NCBI RefSeq assembly: GCF_963576615.1
Contig: NC_088717.1
Location: forward strand, 58,018,749-58,082,748
DNA length: 64,000 nucleotides
Source: Watersipora subatra
Lineage: Eukaryota
Reading direction: 5' to 3'
Shown: positions 9,615 to 22,931 of the stretch, in pieces
Layout of the letters: each line of letters starts with the position of its first letter
Position numbering within the stretch: the first letter of the stretch is position 1
Program-made: the position numbers and the translations under genes
The notes under the pieces: generated by a model
What the model saw: the letters and a program-made list of their open reading frames with translations, nothing else
Told to the model about the DNA's origin: nothing
Databases searched by the model: none

Positions 9615-12600
9615 GTTTGTAAAATTTTGTACAGGCATGGCCATCTTCAAACGGTGTTGTTCAACAGGTTGCCAAGTATAAAAAAAACTTGCTTGATGGA
9701 TAACATTTGAGAAATTTGGTATCGATGTTTATCCGTGGATCATTGATTTGGCTACTGTGACTCACAATTATATGGCTATTTAGGCGAATTTTTGTTTTAA
9801 ACATATCTACAGTAATACTTCAGAAGGTTTTGCTTACTTTGATGCTATGAACGTATTGCTGTAGCCTAGTAGGTTTTAACGAGGTTATGTGAGTATGTCG
9901 CTGATTTTGTATATTTTTACATATAACTCATAGTTGGTGACTGGTACTTGTCTCATGCTCCAGTACTAATACAAGTTGTATTATCTCTGCTGTCGATAAG
10001 CTTGCGATTCGCTGTCTTTCAATCGTTATTTTTGTGTTAGTTAGCCACCAATTAATCATCATTACAACTCTGACCATTTTTCTCTCGAATGATAATAAAA
10101 ATCGGTTTGGAAACTTTATTATTTAGCTACTTGCATTGATCACATCCAATTCGTATTGCCATTTTTCATATCAAGTTTGCGTATTCTAACATGTTAACTT
10201 AGCTGTTTGGCTTTATCTAAGAAGCGTATGCTTATGCATGTAATGCCTTTTAGGCACCGCTTAGTTTTTGCTTGTGCAAGAAGTAACCACCTAAATCTGA
10301 TTAAAAGAAAAACCTAAATACATATACATGCGTCAGTTTCCTTTAATTTCAAGCTTATTTTATGCTTTCATAGCTTCATCATTTAAACTGAGTTTTACCT
10401 AAAATATAGCAAGGTTTTTTCGAGTGGCTGTTTCTAAATAGCTCAAAATTAGGTGTTCTGCCCCATATGGGTGTAGTCCGTGTATGGCTGGTAGGCAGAA
10501 AATTGTCAGTGGTTAGAGCACTTGTAACTTGATATATATATATAATCTAGATTGATGGAAAACTAATCTGTGGTATGAAAATTGTCATAGAAATAGTGAC
10601 TGCATACTTAGGCGTTGCATTTAGTGCATTTCTGAACATGACATTCTTTTTTACCACTGCATATAAAGATTTGAAGATCATCAACATTTTACTTTTGGCT
10701 TACACAAAACTATATATATAGCACAGGAACACCAGCTCGAATTACATCGTTACATTATCTTAGGTCCCCTTGGAAACCAAAACTTATGAAGCTAATATGC
10801 AAATAGCTTTTAGCTATTTGCATATTAGCTTTATAATAGTTTTTATAGCTTTATATTATTCGGTCAATAATAGCTATTATTTAGCTATTATTGACTTGCT
10901 TGTGAATATCAAGCCGACCGAAAGTTTTGCTAATTTGGATAATTTGCTGAATCCTCCACGTTAATTATATCCAGTTTGTCATTGTGCGTACGTTTTTCAC
11001 ACGTTTTTCATCCAAACTTCATACGCATATGTTCTGTTCCCCCATAAATATTTGGTTTCAAAATTGTGTCTGATTCTCAAGAACCAGCTTCTTTAAGATG
11101 TGGTTGCATCAAATTTTAGTTGATTTCAAAAGAAAGCATTTTTTTATCAGTTGATACGTTGTTTTTTGTGTTAGGCGATCTCATTGTCAAGATATTTGAA
11201 GATTAAAATTGATCGCGATAAAAATGCCCAAGCCAAAAAGACATGCCCAGACTTGCCCAAAATGATGTAAGGCATGATACAACCTGTCTCTATTTCTCGT
11301 ATTCACATCGGCTATTGCGATAAAAGTCTAGTCCTACGCGGCTCTATTGGCATATTTTTTATTTTTTATTTACTCGTGTTGGCTAGAATAAAATTTTAAA
11401 TCTAGCTACAGATACATTATTATAAATGTCTCAAACGCCTCAAATAAGAGAAATTGAAAACTTGTCATATTAGCTTCCTCTAAATGCTGTGTAAACATCG
11501 GAGTACCGACTTCTGCCTGTTTACGGTAATTAGGTCGTCGAGATAACTTATTTCATCGCGGCCTTTGTATCAGCTAAGTTTTCAGTGGCTAATCACACCG
11601 GAAACTTGCTACTAAATAAAATAAACGCGCTGCCATCTTTGAATAGAATATGTTTTAATATATGGCGAAACCAGCTGCATCCCAAAAGGTCATGTATAGT
11701 CAACGTTATCTAATCATTATCAGTGTTAATTTGTAGAAAAGATTTACTGGTCACATTTGATTAGTTGATTCAAGTACAAAACAAATGTTTTGTGAGTTGA
11801 CCGAAATAGTGAACGCAAAACAACGTCAATTTCTTTGAAATCAGATAACTCACCGATTCTGGTATAGGATTACTAAAGCCATTCTTGCACCTGGTTGGTG
11901 GTTTGTGGACTCACCTGTTTTTATTTAGTAAGGTGGAGCATAAACGTTTTTGAACTTAATAGTTGGTCCGTTGGAATTGAGTCGAGCTATGCAAAAGTAA
12001 CCGCCAATACAGCTCTTATTTCACTTCATAAATCCATAGAAATCTATCAGAGAAGATTTCAGCACAGGTCGCAACAGGACTATGATGTATTCAATATGTT
12101 CTGCAAATCATGTTTTGTATGGTCCTCAACAATATTATTTTTTTATATAATTTTTACAAGCCAAACAATTTTCATCGCAGCATTAAGTTTTTATTAAAAA
12201 CATCCATCCAAGTTGTGGCCATTCACATTGTTTCAGCTCATATAATAGGACAAATAATCTACTGAAGCAAACTCAAACAAAACATATTATAGTGTGTGTA
12301 GCACACATTCGCGTCTCTCTTTCCCATTTGTGGCAGTTTCCAGACCTACACGACTGCTCCCCTAGTGAACCACATAAACATTCCGTAACAATAAAACAAA
12401 TTTAATACATGTCATTCATATATATGTCGTTCTAACGCATATCTACCGAAAGCGTTCAATTTGAAAGTTAGATAGATTGCGAGTGTAATTTTCAAAATGA
12501 ATAAATGTTTAACAAAAGCATAAATACGCAAAGCCAACAATTCGAAGCTTTGTTTCTGAGAGTTAAAGATGAGCAATGATCAATCGATGTTTCTCACTTT

Positions 12601-12919
12601 CTACAAGTGGGAAATGAACATAAATTCTAATCATAAATCTAATTAACTAGCTAAAAATGCCAAAGAAAATTTTAAGCAAATGTTATAGCTAGGTGAAACG
12701 AATAAAAAGTTATGAAATGATGATTCGTGATATCAAAAAGTTATAATTTTACTTATTAGTAGATGTATTCATGAGTACTAAATTTATTACCGTTAGTTTA
12801 GAATATATATGTAAGGTATACTCAAAGTTAAAAATAAATTTACCTCCATTCTCCTATCTTTCTCTGCAGCATAGCGTTGTTGACGTCTGTCAGCTCTAAC
12901 CATAACCTGTTTGCTGCAA

Positions 12920-13805
12920 TCTTTAAAGGTTGACCTGCAACAAAATTCACATTACAGTTATTTGGTATCAAAAGATTCACCATGTTTTACTCTGTTGTGT
13001 TGTAAGTGCAAAATATGTGGAAATGGGATTACAAGCTCTTAAAAGCTCAAAAACGAAAATCTGCCGTAGATTGGAATCAGTTTATTTCTCTGACGTAGTC
13101 ATTACATCTGGTTATTGTTTTGTCATGTGATGTTCTCATGTAAATTGAAAGACCAATAAAAGGCTCAATATAAAACTTCTCTTAGCATTAGTTTATGACA
13201 AACACTTCGGGTTTTACCAAAAACCCCCTATGAAATATAGATGCTCGCTACTTTACAGTTTTGTTTCGGCTTGGTCTAATCATCTAGTCGTAATCTGATC
13301 ATGTGACCCATACTTTGCGAATAATTTCTGCAGCATTTTTCGATTATCACAGGTGACCAACAAGCTCGTCATGTTATCATACAATGATATGTACTCCTTC
13401 AAGCTAAGGTTAAAATATTAAACGAATTTTCATGGTAGGTTATAAGATATCAGGGCTGAAAGTGATAGCATTACAATGACGATAAAATAGACACGTAAGA
13501 ACAATAGACATGGTTTTATTGAGTGCTTGAAGTATATTTGTGAAAATATTTCGACGATTAAGGTTGCATGAAAGTGTAAACAGAAGCCATCTTGTACAAC
13601 TACGTCCCATTTGAGCCATTTGGGAAAGAGATTCTAAATTATGGCAGTTTCGTGATGGCCGCGATTAACTGTTCGTTTTGAGCTTTTAAGAGCTTGTTAT
13701 CACATTTCCACATGTTTTGCACCTACAACGCAGCAGAGTAAGACATGGTGAATTTTTTGATACCAAATAATTGTAATGTGAATTTTGTTGCAAGTCAACC
13801 TTTAA
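12920..13805. mobile_element. Foldback or MITE-like non-autonomous element: a ~150 bp perfect or near-perfect inverted repeat flanking a ~600 bp non-coding core.
   Basis: Positions 12925..13072 (ttaaaggttgacctgcaacaaaattcacattacagttatttggtatcaaaagattcaccatg...ctcaaaaacgaaaatctg) are the reverse complement of 13660..13803. There is no ORF inside. It sits in UBE2K intron 1. Confidence 0.7.
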
Positions 13806-16800
13806 TCACCTGACGCTCAGAAAACTTTGAGTCACCTTCGCTGAACTGAGCATTGTTACAATTCTGTTGTTCGTCAATAAAAACGTGTTGGTGCAGTAAT
13901 TCAGTAAATCAATTATGTGGATTAAATCAGTAAATTAAATATCAATGTCGATACTCGTAGCTAATAGAATCTACTAGTAGTCGGTGCACGTAACTTACAA
14001 GTAATAGAGCAAAATTCCCAACAACGAGAATCTTCGAAATCACAGACGAACCGTTTTACGAGCGGTAACATTTAATATGACCTATATAAAAGTTTCATGC
14101 TGATGATTGGCTAATGAAGAGATCTTATATTTATTGCTTGTGGACTCTTTTCACATGTATCATTTGTTATGTAATGAATGAAGCACTCGCTGGAATCTGA
14201 GCTTTTTAAAAGATGGCCTCATTCAAACGCTTATATCTCTAGACAGGGTTAGTCTATAAAGACAAAAATGACATCAAATTGTAGCTCATGTTTTAGCCTT
14301 TTATTGGTCTAAATTTCATTAAATCGACCTTTTTGACGCAACCACATCTTTAAGCACCTATCTGGAGGCATTTGATTAAAAAGAACAACATCTCGGGCAT
14401 TGTCAGTCTTACTGCTAGTGTATATGTGTACATATGTATATGTGTATATATTGTTATTAGTTCTCCTTAGCTGTTTTTTGAAATAACCAACAGCATGTAA
14501 ATTTGTAATTTTATCTAGCTGCAAAATGTTAGTTGCAACACTATCCAATGACTGATATGAAAATACATTGTCTTAAATTGATATTTTGGTTGGTTTACTG
14601 CAGTAGCAGTTAATAAAAAAAGCCCTTTGGTTAAATTTTGCAGGTTTTGAATCTTATTGCTCGTGAAATGTTGTTAAATGATGTCATCCTTTTCTAGCAT
14701 AACTTTTTTATGGATAATTTTATTTTGAAACATTTTATTACCCAAAGTATAGTTTGTCAAATGAATATACAACATTATAATGAGCACTTTACTGGATACA
14801 TTTATTTCATATTATTATTTCTACACTTATTTGAACTCTGAAATACTAGAGTTACTCAGTTACAAGTAGTAAGCCCGGTGATGTCTAGTATTTCTTTCAT
14901 TATCAACCAGATAGCCAGCGCGGGGTGTTTAGGAGACTGGTTCATAGGTACCTGATAGAGCTTTGATACCAAGTGTTTCTATGGACCTGACAGAAGATAC
15001 CAAGTGTTTTTATGGACCTGACACAAGTCATGCACTATATGAGTGGCAAGTTTAGATGTTTCAACCAAAGAGTGTAAAAACACAAAATGTTTATACGGAC
15101 ACACACACTCAATGACAAAGTCCGATTTATTAATAACGACTATAAAACAGATGAGACATCAAATAAAAATCAATTTTATTTATATCTATAGTGAGGGAGT
15201 CGAAGCTTTTCTATTTGCATTAAAGTTTTGGTCAGTTTTGATCAGTTTTGATTTTTTTAAATCTGAGTTTTTATGGTTTGACACTTGACCTCAGCTGATT
15301 TATAATCAAAACATTCATTGTTTGGCATCTTTGAAAATATAACAATTTGATACATAAATCTTAATTACATTTTTCTGTTGTTTGCTTAAAAATATTTTTC
15401 CGCTACGACAAAATGATCACTAGCTTGTAATATTCAGTTATAAAAGTCATGTGTTTATTTTGTGGTGAGAAATGAAAATTGAACTGTTTTATGTCCTCAT
15501 GTTTCTCAATATTGCTTCATCTCAAACTATGTTTTTTAAGTTACCATAAAACCTGTAATTGAATGCCACCTTTATTTGAACACTACTTTCCTTTGACCGC
15601 CACTTTGACCTTTATAGACCCTTAATATCAAACAATCAGTAGAAAAGTGTCTACAAAATAATATTAATAATGAATTGTGTACATCAATAACAATCAATTC
15701 TCTCGTTGTCAAACTTCAAAGCTTTCAGCTTTTTTTTTTAAACTATGAAAGCAACACCATAAAAATGATAACTGTCTCAGTCTAATAATAGTTCCTAGTT
15801 TAACGCGGTCTTAATATTTTGAAGTACATGTATATAAAAACGGTGTAGATTTACGATGGTAAAATGAACAACTAGTTTTAGGCTAAAGATTACGTTTAGC
15901 AAGCAAACCTTTTACGCGTCGCATTTGTGCTAAATGCAATGAGTAAAACTTTTGCTCTGCTAAAAAGTCATTTTGACGCTAATATCGACTAGTTCAGCAG
16001 GGTAGAAAAGGAGTTGAGGTCAGAAGACATTGTGGAAGGCATTGGACAACCAGAAGATGTTCGTTCCATCGAAAGCAACAATCAAAACGACCTGGCTGAG
16101 CAAACAATGCAAATATTTTGGTTTTAAAAACATTAATTTTTGGTTCCGCGTGAAATATAAGTATGATTCGTTTATGTCACTTGTTCATGGACATATATTT
16201 GTACTATTTGACAGATCATTATATAACTTGTAAATTTGCAGATCTATAGCATATTATTTGATAGCATCATTGCGGTAATCTGATCTTACAATTGATCGAC
16301 GCTCATAACTCCTCTTCTACCGCACATAACAAACTAGTTTTGTCTGCAAACTGTAGCAAACATCAACGAATGCAATGAGCTTTTATGCAACAATGTTAAA
16401 TATAGATATAAAATAAAAATGTCTCTAAATTTAGAATGAAATAAAAATTGAAAGCTCCAACAGATTGCAAAGCAGGACACAGGCTATAATATCATCAATA
16501 GGTTTATTGCAAGCAATAGATATTAGCTGGTAGGGATATTTCTCCATTTCTAAACGCATATTTATTAGAGATGTTAGGCAAGTTGGCGTATTTATTGTAT
16601 CCAAAAGGTTTAATGTCGCTCCATTGGAAGAAGAGGGCAAAATATAGGCGACATTCGCTTCGCCTGTAAAAGAGCTAAATTTATCTTCCCAAAATTCTGA
16701 TGAGCCATTTAATAAATACACCGCCAGCTTTTATTTGAAAGTCGCCTCCAATTGCCCGCCATTATAGAGGAAAGGTTGAAAAATAGAGCGCCATGGCAGT

Positions 16801-17552
16801 CAATTTGAGGTTTTACGGGAATCTGGTTAGTTGTACCTCTAATAACTGAGCTCATTTTATGACAATAAAATAGGAATACTATTACTATAATAGGAATACT
16901 CAAATAGGAATATTAAACTGCTATCAACAAATAGTTTCTGAATTATCTTCACTTTGTCGTTTTATCTTTGATTTATCTTCTCTTGCCAACACAGAGATTG
17001 CATATTCTAAGCTCAAGTCCTTCCACAACATTTTTTGAATGCATAGTAAAATGTAATCAATGTAAGCCATCAATATCAAGTCATTTGACCACCAAAGGTT
17101 TTAATCAGACAAGCTCCTGAGACATAGACTTAGAAACTTGTTAATGAATCTGTCTCGTCGTGCCAAATCACTAGTTTTCAAGCAATGGGAGATGAGATCG
17201 GAGATTAGTCGTTCTGTCTATATTATCATAGTTTGTGACAAGTCTAGGCTTGTCCATCAACGTTGAACATTTGTCCTCCTGTTTGCCGCCTAACTGACCT
17301 GTTGGATTGAGGTTAAATTTTTGTAGATCAGCATAAGCACTATTTATACAGCATATACTGGTTTGATAGTTTTATTAAGCAATTACCATGATAATAAAAA
17401 CATAAAAGAGGGTAAGAAAGTGTTAATATTGAATTCAATGATGCGTTTGTGCCTCACTTAGACTTGCTTCTATGAAAATCATTTGCTTAAATTTTTGCTT
17501 TCTTAGATCAAACAAATGTCTGTACCAAACAAATTTCTAGAAGTCGCATGCC

Positions 17553-19802
17553 AAATGTTAATATGATTCTATGCTGCCCAGTGTCACATGTCAAATATTA
17601 ATATGGCTCTAGGCTGCCCAGTGTCAAATGTTAATATGGTTCTATGCTGCCCAGAGTCAAATGTTAATATGGTTCTATGCTGCCCAGAGTCAAATATTAA
17701 TATGGCTCTAGGCTGCCCAGAGTCACATGTCAAATGTTAATACGGTTCTATGCTGCCCAGAGTCAAATGTTAATATGGTTCTATGCTGCCCAGAGTCAAA
17801 TATTAATATGGCTCTAGGCTGCCCAGAGTGAAATGTCAAATGTTAATAAGATTCTAGGTTGTCTAGTGTCACATGTTAATATGGTTCTATGCTGCCCAGT
17901 GTCAAATGTTAATATGGTTCTAGGCTGCCCAGTGTCAAATGTTAATATGGTTCTATGCTGCCCAGTGTCACATGTCAACTATTAATATGGTTCTATGCTG
18001 CCCAGAGTCACATGTCAAATGTTAATATGGTTCTATGCTGCCCAGTGTCACATGTCAAATATTAATATGGCTCATAGGCTGCCCAGAGTCAAATGTCAAA
18101 TGTTAATAAAATTCTAGGTTGTCTAATGTCAAATATTAATATGGCTCTAGGCTGCCCAGAGTCAAATGTCAAATATTAATATGTTTTTAGGTTGTATAGT
18201 GTCAAATATTAATATGGCTCTAGGCTGCCCAGAGTCACATGTCAAATATTAATATGGCTCTAGGCTGCCCAGAGTCACATGTCAAATATTAATATGGCTC
18301 TAGGCGGCCCAGAGTCACATGTCAAATATTAATATGGTTCTATGCTGCCCAGAGTCACATGTCAAATATTAATATGGCTCTAGGCTGCCCAGAGTCACAT
18401 GTCAAATATTAATATGGCTCTAGGCTGCCCAGTATCACATGTCAAATATTAATATGGTTCTAGGCTGCCCAGTGTCACATGTCAAATATTAATATGGCTC
18501 TAGGCTGGCCAGAGTCACATGTCAAATGTTAATATGGTTCTAGGCGGCCCAATATCACATGTCAAATATTTATATGGCTCTAGGCTGCCCAGTGTCACAT
18601 GTCAAATATTAGTATGGTTTTAGGCTGCCCAGTGTCACATGTCAAATGTTAATATGGTTCTAGGCGGCCCAGTGTCACATGTCAAATATTTATATGGCTC
18701 TAGGCTGCCCAGAGTCACATGTCAAATATGGATATGGTTCTAGGCTGCCCAGTGTCACATGTCAAATATTGATATGGTTCTAGGCTGCCCAGTGTCACAT
18801 ATCAAATATTAATATGGCTCTAGGCTGCCCAGAGTCAAATGTTCATATGGCTCTAGGCTGTCCAGAGTCACATGTCAAATATTAATATGGCTCTAGGCTG
18901 GCCAGAGTCACATGTCAAATATTAGTATGGCTCTAGGCTGCCCAGTGTCACATGTCAAATATTAATATGGCTCTAGGCTGCCCAGTGTCACATGTCAAAT
19001 ATTAATATGGCTCTAGGCTGGCCAGAGTCACATGTCAAACGTTAATATGGCTCTAGGCTGCCCAGTATCACATGTCAAATATTAATATGGCTCTAGGCTG
19101 CCCAGAGTCACATGTCAAATATTAATATGGCTCTATGCTGCCCAGAGTCACATGTCAAATATTAGTATGGTTCTAGGCTGCCCAGTGTCACATGTCAAAT
19201 ATTAATATGGCTCTAGGCTGCCCAGTGTCACATGTCAAATATTAATATGGTTCTAGGCTGCCCAGAGTCACATGTCAAATATTAATATGGCTCTAGGCTG
19301 CCCAGAGTCACATGTCAAATATTAATATGGCTCTATGCTGCCCAGAGTCACATGTCAAATATTAGTACGGTTCTATGCTGCCCAGAGTCACATGTCAACT
19401 ATTAATATGGTTCTAGGCTGCCCAGTGTCACATGTCAAATATTAATATGGTTCTAGGCGGCCCAGTGTCACATGTCAAATATTAATATGGCTCTAGGCTG
19501 CCCAGTGTCACATGTCAAATATTAATATGGCTCTAGGCTGCCCAGTGTCAAATATTAATATGGTTCTATGCTGCCCAGTGTCACATGTCAAATATTAATA
19601 TGGTTCTAGGCTGGCCAGTGTCACATGTCAAATATTAGTATGGTTCTAGGCTGCCCAGTGTCACATGTCAAATATTAATATGGCTCTAGGCTGCCCAGTG
19701 TCAAATATTAATATGGTTCTAGGCTGCCCAGTGTCACATGTCAAATATTAATATGGCTCTAGGCTGGCCAGAGTCACATGTCAAACGTTAATATGATTTT
19801 AG
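17553..19802. repeat. 40-bp satellite of about 55 units (2.25 kb) with consensus CTAGGCTGCCCAGWGTCACATGTCAAATATTAATATGGYT. Some 33-bp variants lack ACATGTC.
   Basis: Direct reading shows the unit repeated head-to-tail with point variants. The final, degenerate unit runs straight into the UBE2K exon-2 acceptor at 19801..19802. Confidence 0.95.
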
Positions 19803-19955
19803 GTTGCCAAGTGTCACATAAAGCTTGAACTGAAGAATGATGATTTTACACAGCTCAAGGGGGAAATTATTGGGCCACCTGACACCCCGTATGACGGAGG
19901 CGTGTTTCAAGTCGACATTGTAATACCGGAGACCTACCCATTTAATCCTCCTAAG
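19803..19955 (+). CDS. ube2k: UBE2K exon 2. It encodes VAKCHIKLELKNDDFTQLKGEIIGPPDTPYDGGVFQVDIVIPETYPFNPPK.
   Basis: It aligns with human TSKNQIKVDLVDENFTELRGEIAGPPDTPYEGGRYQLEIKIPETYPFNPPK. The acceptor is gattttag|GTT and the donor is AAG|GTAAAT. It is 153 nt long, in phase 0. Confidence 0.9.
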
Positions 19956-20125
19956 GTAAATGTCTCGCTTCACATTCCTTCATCCTTTTCCCAGTCCCTC
20001 TACCGGTGCTAATTTAAGGGCACAAGTTTACTTATGATAGGGTTTTCTTAACAGTTGAACTGTTTGTCTCACGTTATCTGAAGGTTATATTTAATAGCAA
20101 TAACAACTCCTGCTGTTCATTGCAG

Positions 20126-20208
20126 GTCAAGTTTGTAACTAAAATCTGGCACCCAAATATAAGCTCAGTGACAGGTGCCATCTGCCTAGACATTCTCAAA
20201 GATCAATG
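20126..20208 (+). CDS. ube2k: UBE2K exon 3. It encodes [27 protein letters not shown](W), including the active-site Cys.
   Basis: It matches human [28 protein letters not shown], with the HPN motif and catalytic Cys. The acceptor is cattgcag| and the donor is TG|GTGAGT. Confidence 0.92.
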
Positions 20209-20314
20209 GTGAGTCTGCCAGCTGTGCTGGTAGTTCCTAAGGTTTGCTCTTATACGTGCCCTGAAAGCCAGCTGGGATATTATGACAGCTTTATAACCAT
20301 TGGCTGTTTTGCAG

Positions 20315-20478
20315 GGCTGCGGCCATGACACTTCGAACTGTCCTTTTATCGCTACAAGCCTTGCTCTCCGCTGCCGAGCCAGATGATCCTCAAGATGCTG
20401 TTGTTGCAAGACAATACAAAGAGCAACAAATTGTTTTTAGGCAAACTGCGAAGCATTGGGCCAACATATATGCTCAGG
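20315..20478 (+). CDS. ube2k: UBE2K exon 4. It encodes AAAMTLRTVLLSLQALLSAAEPDDPQDAVVARQYKEQQIVFRQTAKHWANIYAQ(G).
   Basis: It is near-identical to human AAAMTLRTVLLSLQALLAAAEPDDPQDAVVANQYKQNPEMFKQTARLWAHVYAG. The acceptor is ttttgcag| and the donor is CAG G|GTGAGT. Confidence 0.92.
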
Positions 20479-20578
20479 GTGAGTGCTCAAGTATTCATTC
20501 CCATTCCGTGTACAGTTTCTCTCTATTCTTTTACCCTAAGTCATGCCTCGCGAGTCTCATATTAGAGTTTATTTCTAG

Positions 20579-20643
20579 GGCCAAACCGAGAAGCTGAACT
20601 AGAAGCCAAAGTATCTCAGCTTAAAGCTATGGGATTTGATGAG
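20579..20643 (+). CDS. ube2k: UBE2K exon 5. It encodes (G)PNREAELEAKVSQLKAMGFDE.
   Basis: It corresponds to the human linker ...KKIENLCAMGFDR. The acceptor is atttctag| and the donor is GAG|GTCAGT. Confidence 0.8.
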
Positions 20644-20908
20644 GTCAGTTTAGATACAGGGGAGTACATTGAAACCTTGACATACTAAGTTCAAGGTTAA
20701 CTTACAGCATTTTAAAATGACATATTTATATACCGAAATACTCGTGATATGTTGTTGTCAACAATGATTTTAATAGAAAAAAAAATCATTTTGGCGACAA
20801 CAACTTCAAGCTGTGACATAAGGAGGCTATAGAAGGAGGGAAACCATAGTCGTATAATGTACAATACGAATGCTAGTGACTCTCTTAATCATCAGCATTC
20901 ATATTGTA

Positions 20909-21343
20909 CATTCTATGAATGAGCGACATTCTATGAATGAGAGACATTCTATGAATGAGAAGCATTCTATGAATGAGAGACATTCTATGAATGAGAGACA
21001 TTCTATGAATGAGAGACATTCTATGAATGAGAGACATTCTATGAATGAGAGACATTCTATGAATGAGAGACATTCTATGAATGAGAGACATTCTATGAAT
21101 GAGAGACATTCTATGAATGAGAGACATTCTATGAATGAGAGACATTCTACGAATGAGAGACATTCTATGAATGAGAGACATTCTATGAATGAGAGACATT
21201 CTATGAATGAGAGACATTCTATGAATGAGAGACATTCTATGAATGAGAGACATTCTATGAATGAGAGACATTCTATGAATGAGAGACATTCTATGAATGA
21301 GAGACATTCTATGAATGAGAGACATTCTATGAATGAGAGACAA
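20909..21343. repeat. 18-bp minisatellite (CATTCTATGAATGAGAGA)n of about 24 units, in UBE2K intron 5.
   Basis: The array is perfectly periodic. It generates the artefactual MNERHS and SLIHRM repeat ORFs 20870..21370 and 20885..21373 in the track. Confidence 0.95.
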
Positions 21344-22859
21344 AAGGGCTTCTGTTGGCCACCATTCTAACACATTCTCTCCATCTAGCTGCCATGCTTC
21401 CTATTTTAGCTACCCATATAGCAGATAGATGTTTGCAAGGTCGAAGTAGGTTTCACAAATTCCAAAAAAAGGTCTGCGTCATGTTTATACATCCTGCATT
21501 TACTTTTGACTGATGGTTATAGAATTACACTAAACAGCTTGTGTGTACATCTTGTGGAATTCCCTCGCAACTAATTCTTTTATACGAACAGAAACTTCAA
21601 AAGATTGTCAGCAAAAATTGGCTATTTTGAAAGTCACCTGTTTAAAACTTATCAATGCATGTTCTACTTTTATAAAATCATTATTTTATTTTCATAAAAA
21701 ACTTTTCATTCATTTTTATAAAAATGAATTTTTATAAAATCTAGTTAAAAAGCTGAGCAGATTAAATATTACGTAGCGTCGCAGCTGTTTTTGGTGGGTT
21801 TCTGTAAAGCTGGCAAATCTTTTTTTTATTACTTGCAACTGTTGATAAATCTGGTATTTGTTCAAAATTACCCAAAAATATGATTCAAACTTTAATCTGT
21901 AATGGTATTTGCTAGCGTTAATGCAATTACAATTTGCACTGTCAATTAACCTTTCTTCATTACTTCGACATGCATGTCGAAGCTGTCATATGTTATTGAG
22001 CAGACCGTCTTAAGACAACACTGTGCTTTGTTTAACACATTTCATGGCTCAAAAACTCGATAAAGGCTTCATGTAGTTACAAATAACATTCGAACAAAGG
22101 CAATATATCAAATTTTAGTTCCAAAACTGATGTTTGGGAAGTTTTGGATGTCATATGTAGGAAATTACCTTGTTTGTCGATACAAATATTATCTTGAATT
22201 TTACATCGTCTATCTCAAATAATTGGTATTTAGATATGGCCAGATGTAGATGTTAGATTGTGTTAGCAATGCTAGACAAAATAAGATGATTGTGAATGTA
22301 TTAAAGGTGCTAAACATAGCTTAAATCTGGCTTATTTGTGATACCTGCGGTTTATCTAAGTACTCCTCAGTAATTTATTATTCTATGGTTCTAAGGCTTT
22401 GGCATCATCTACTTGACGACCTTGGAAATTGCTGAGTTCTTTTGTCAATCCTCTGTTCTTAATCCTCTTTTCTATATAAATAGCCATTTTGAGCTGGTGA
22501 CCTATATAAAGTCAGTTTGGACCCAAGCGTTCATCATCCTGTCAACACTCTTGCTTATCACTGACCAGTTGATCCTCCCAATTAGAATCCATTTTCAATG
22601 TTGGATACTTTACCTAGTTTTAGATTGGAAGAATTATGCAACTCCTTTGATAATTGGGTTATTCCCATTAGTGAGAAGACAACTACTTTCAATCTCACAA
22701 ATTCTTACTCAATGACTTAAACATACATGTAGTTCAAATTATTTTTAGTAAACTTTTGCTGTTTCACCTACTTATTGTATTTGCCTAGAATTTTGAACAA
22801 GCAATATAAACTATTACAATCCGTCATACTGTTATCATGTTTAATGTTAATTTATGCAG

Positions 22860-22931
22860 CATCGAGCAAGGGTCGCTCTTTCTACCTGCGATTGGAATAT
22901 GCAAAGGGCTACCGACCACCTTGTCAGCTAG
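22860..22931 (+). CDS. ube2k: UBE2K last exon, part of the UBA domain. It encodes HRARVALSTCDWNMQRATDHLVS*.
   Basis: It aligns with human RNAVIVALSSKSWDVETATELLLSN*. The acceptor is tttatgcag| and the stop is TAG at 22929..22931. Confidence 0.85.
   Translation, partial: HRARVALSTCDWNMQRATDHLVS

Noticed and set aside
17553-19802. A CRISPR-like appearance of regularly spaced repeats here and in other arrays.
   Set aside because: The units abut head-to-tail with no unique spacers. The context is a spliced eukaryotic gene intron and no cas-like ORFs are present.
20870-21373. 166-aa and 162-aa ORFs of repeated MNERHS / SLIHRM hexapeptides.
   Set aside because: These are pure translations of an 18-bp minisatellite in a UBE2K intron. 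There is no start context and no splice context, and both strands are equally open.
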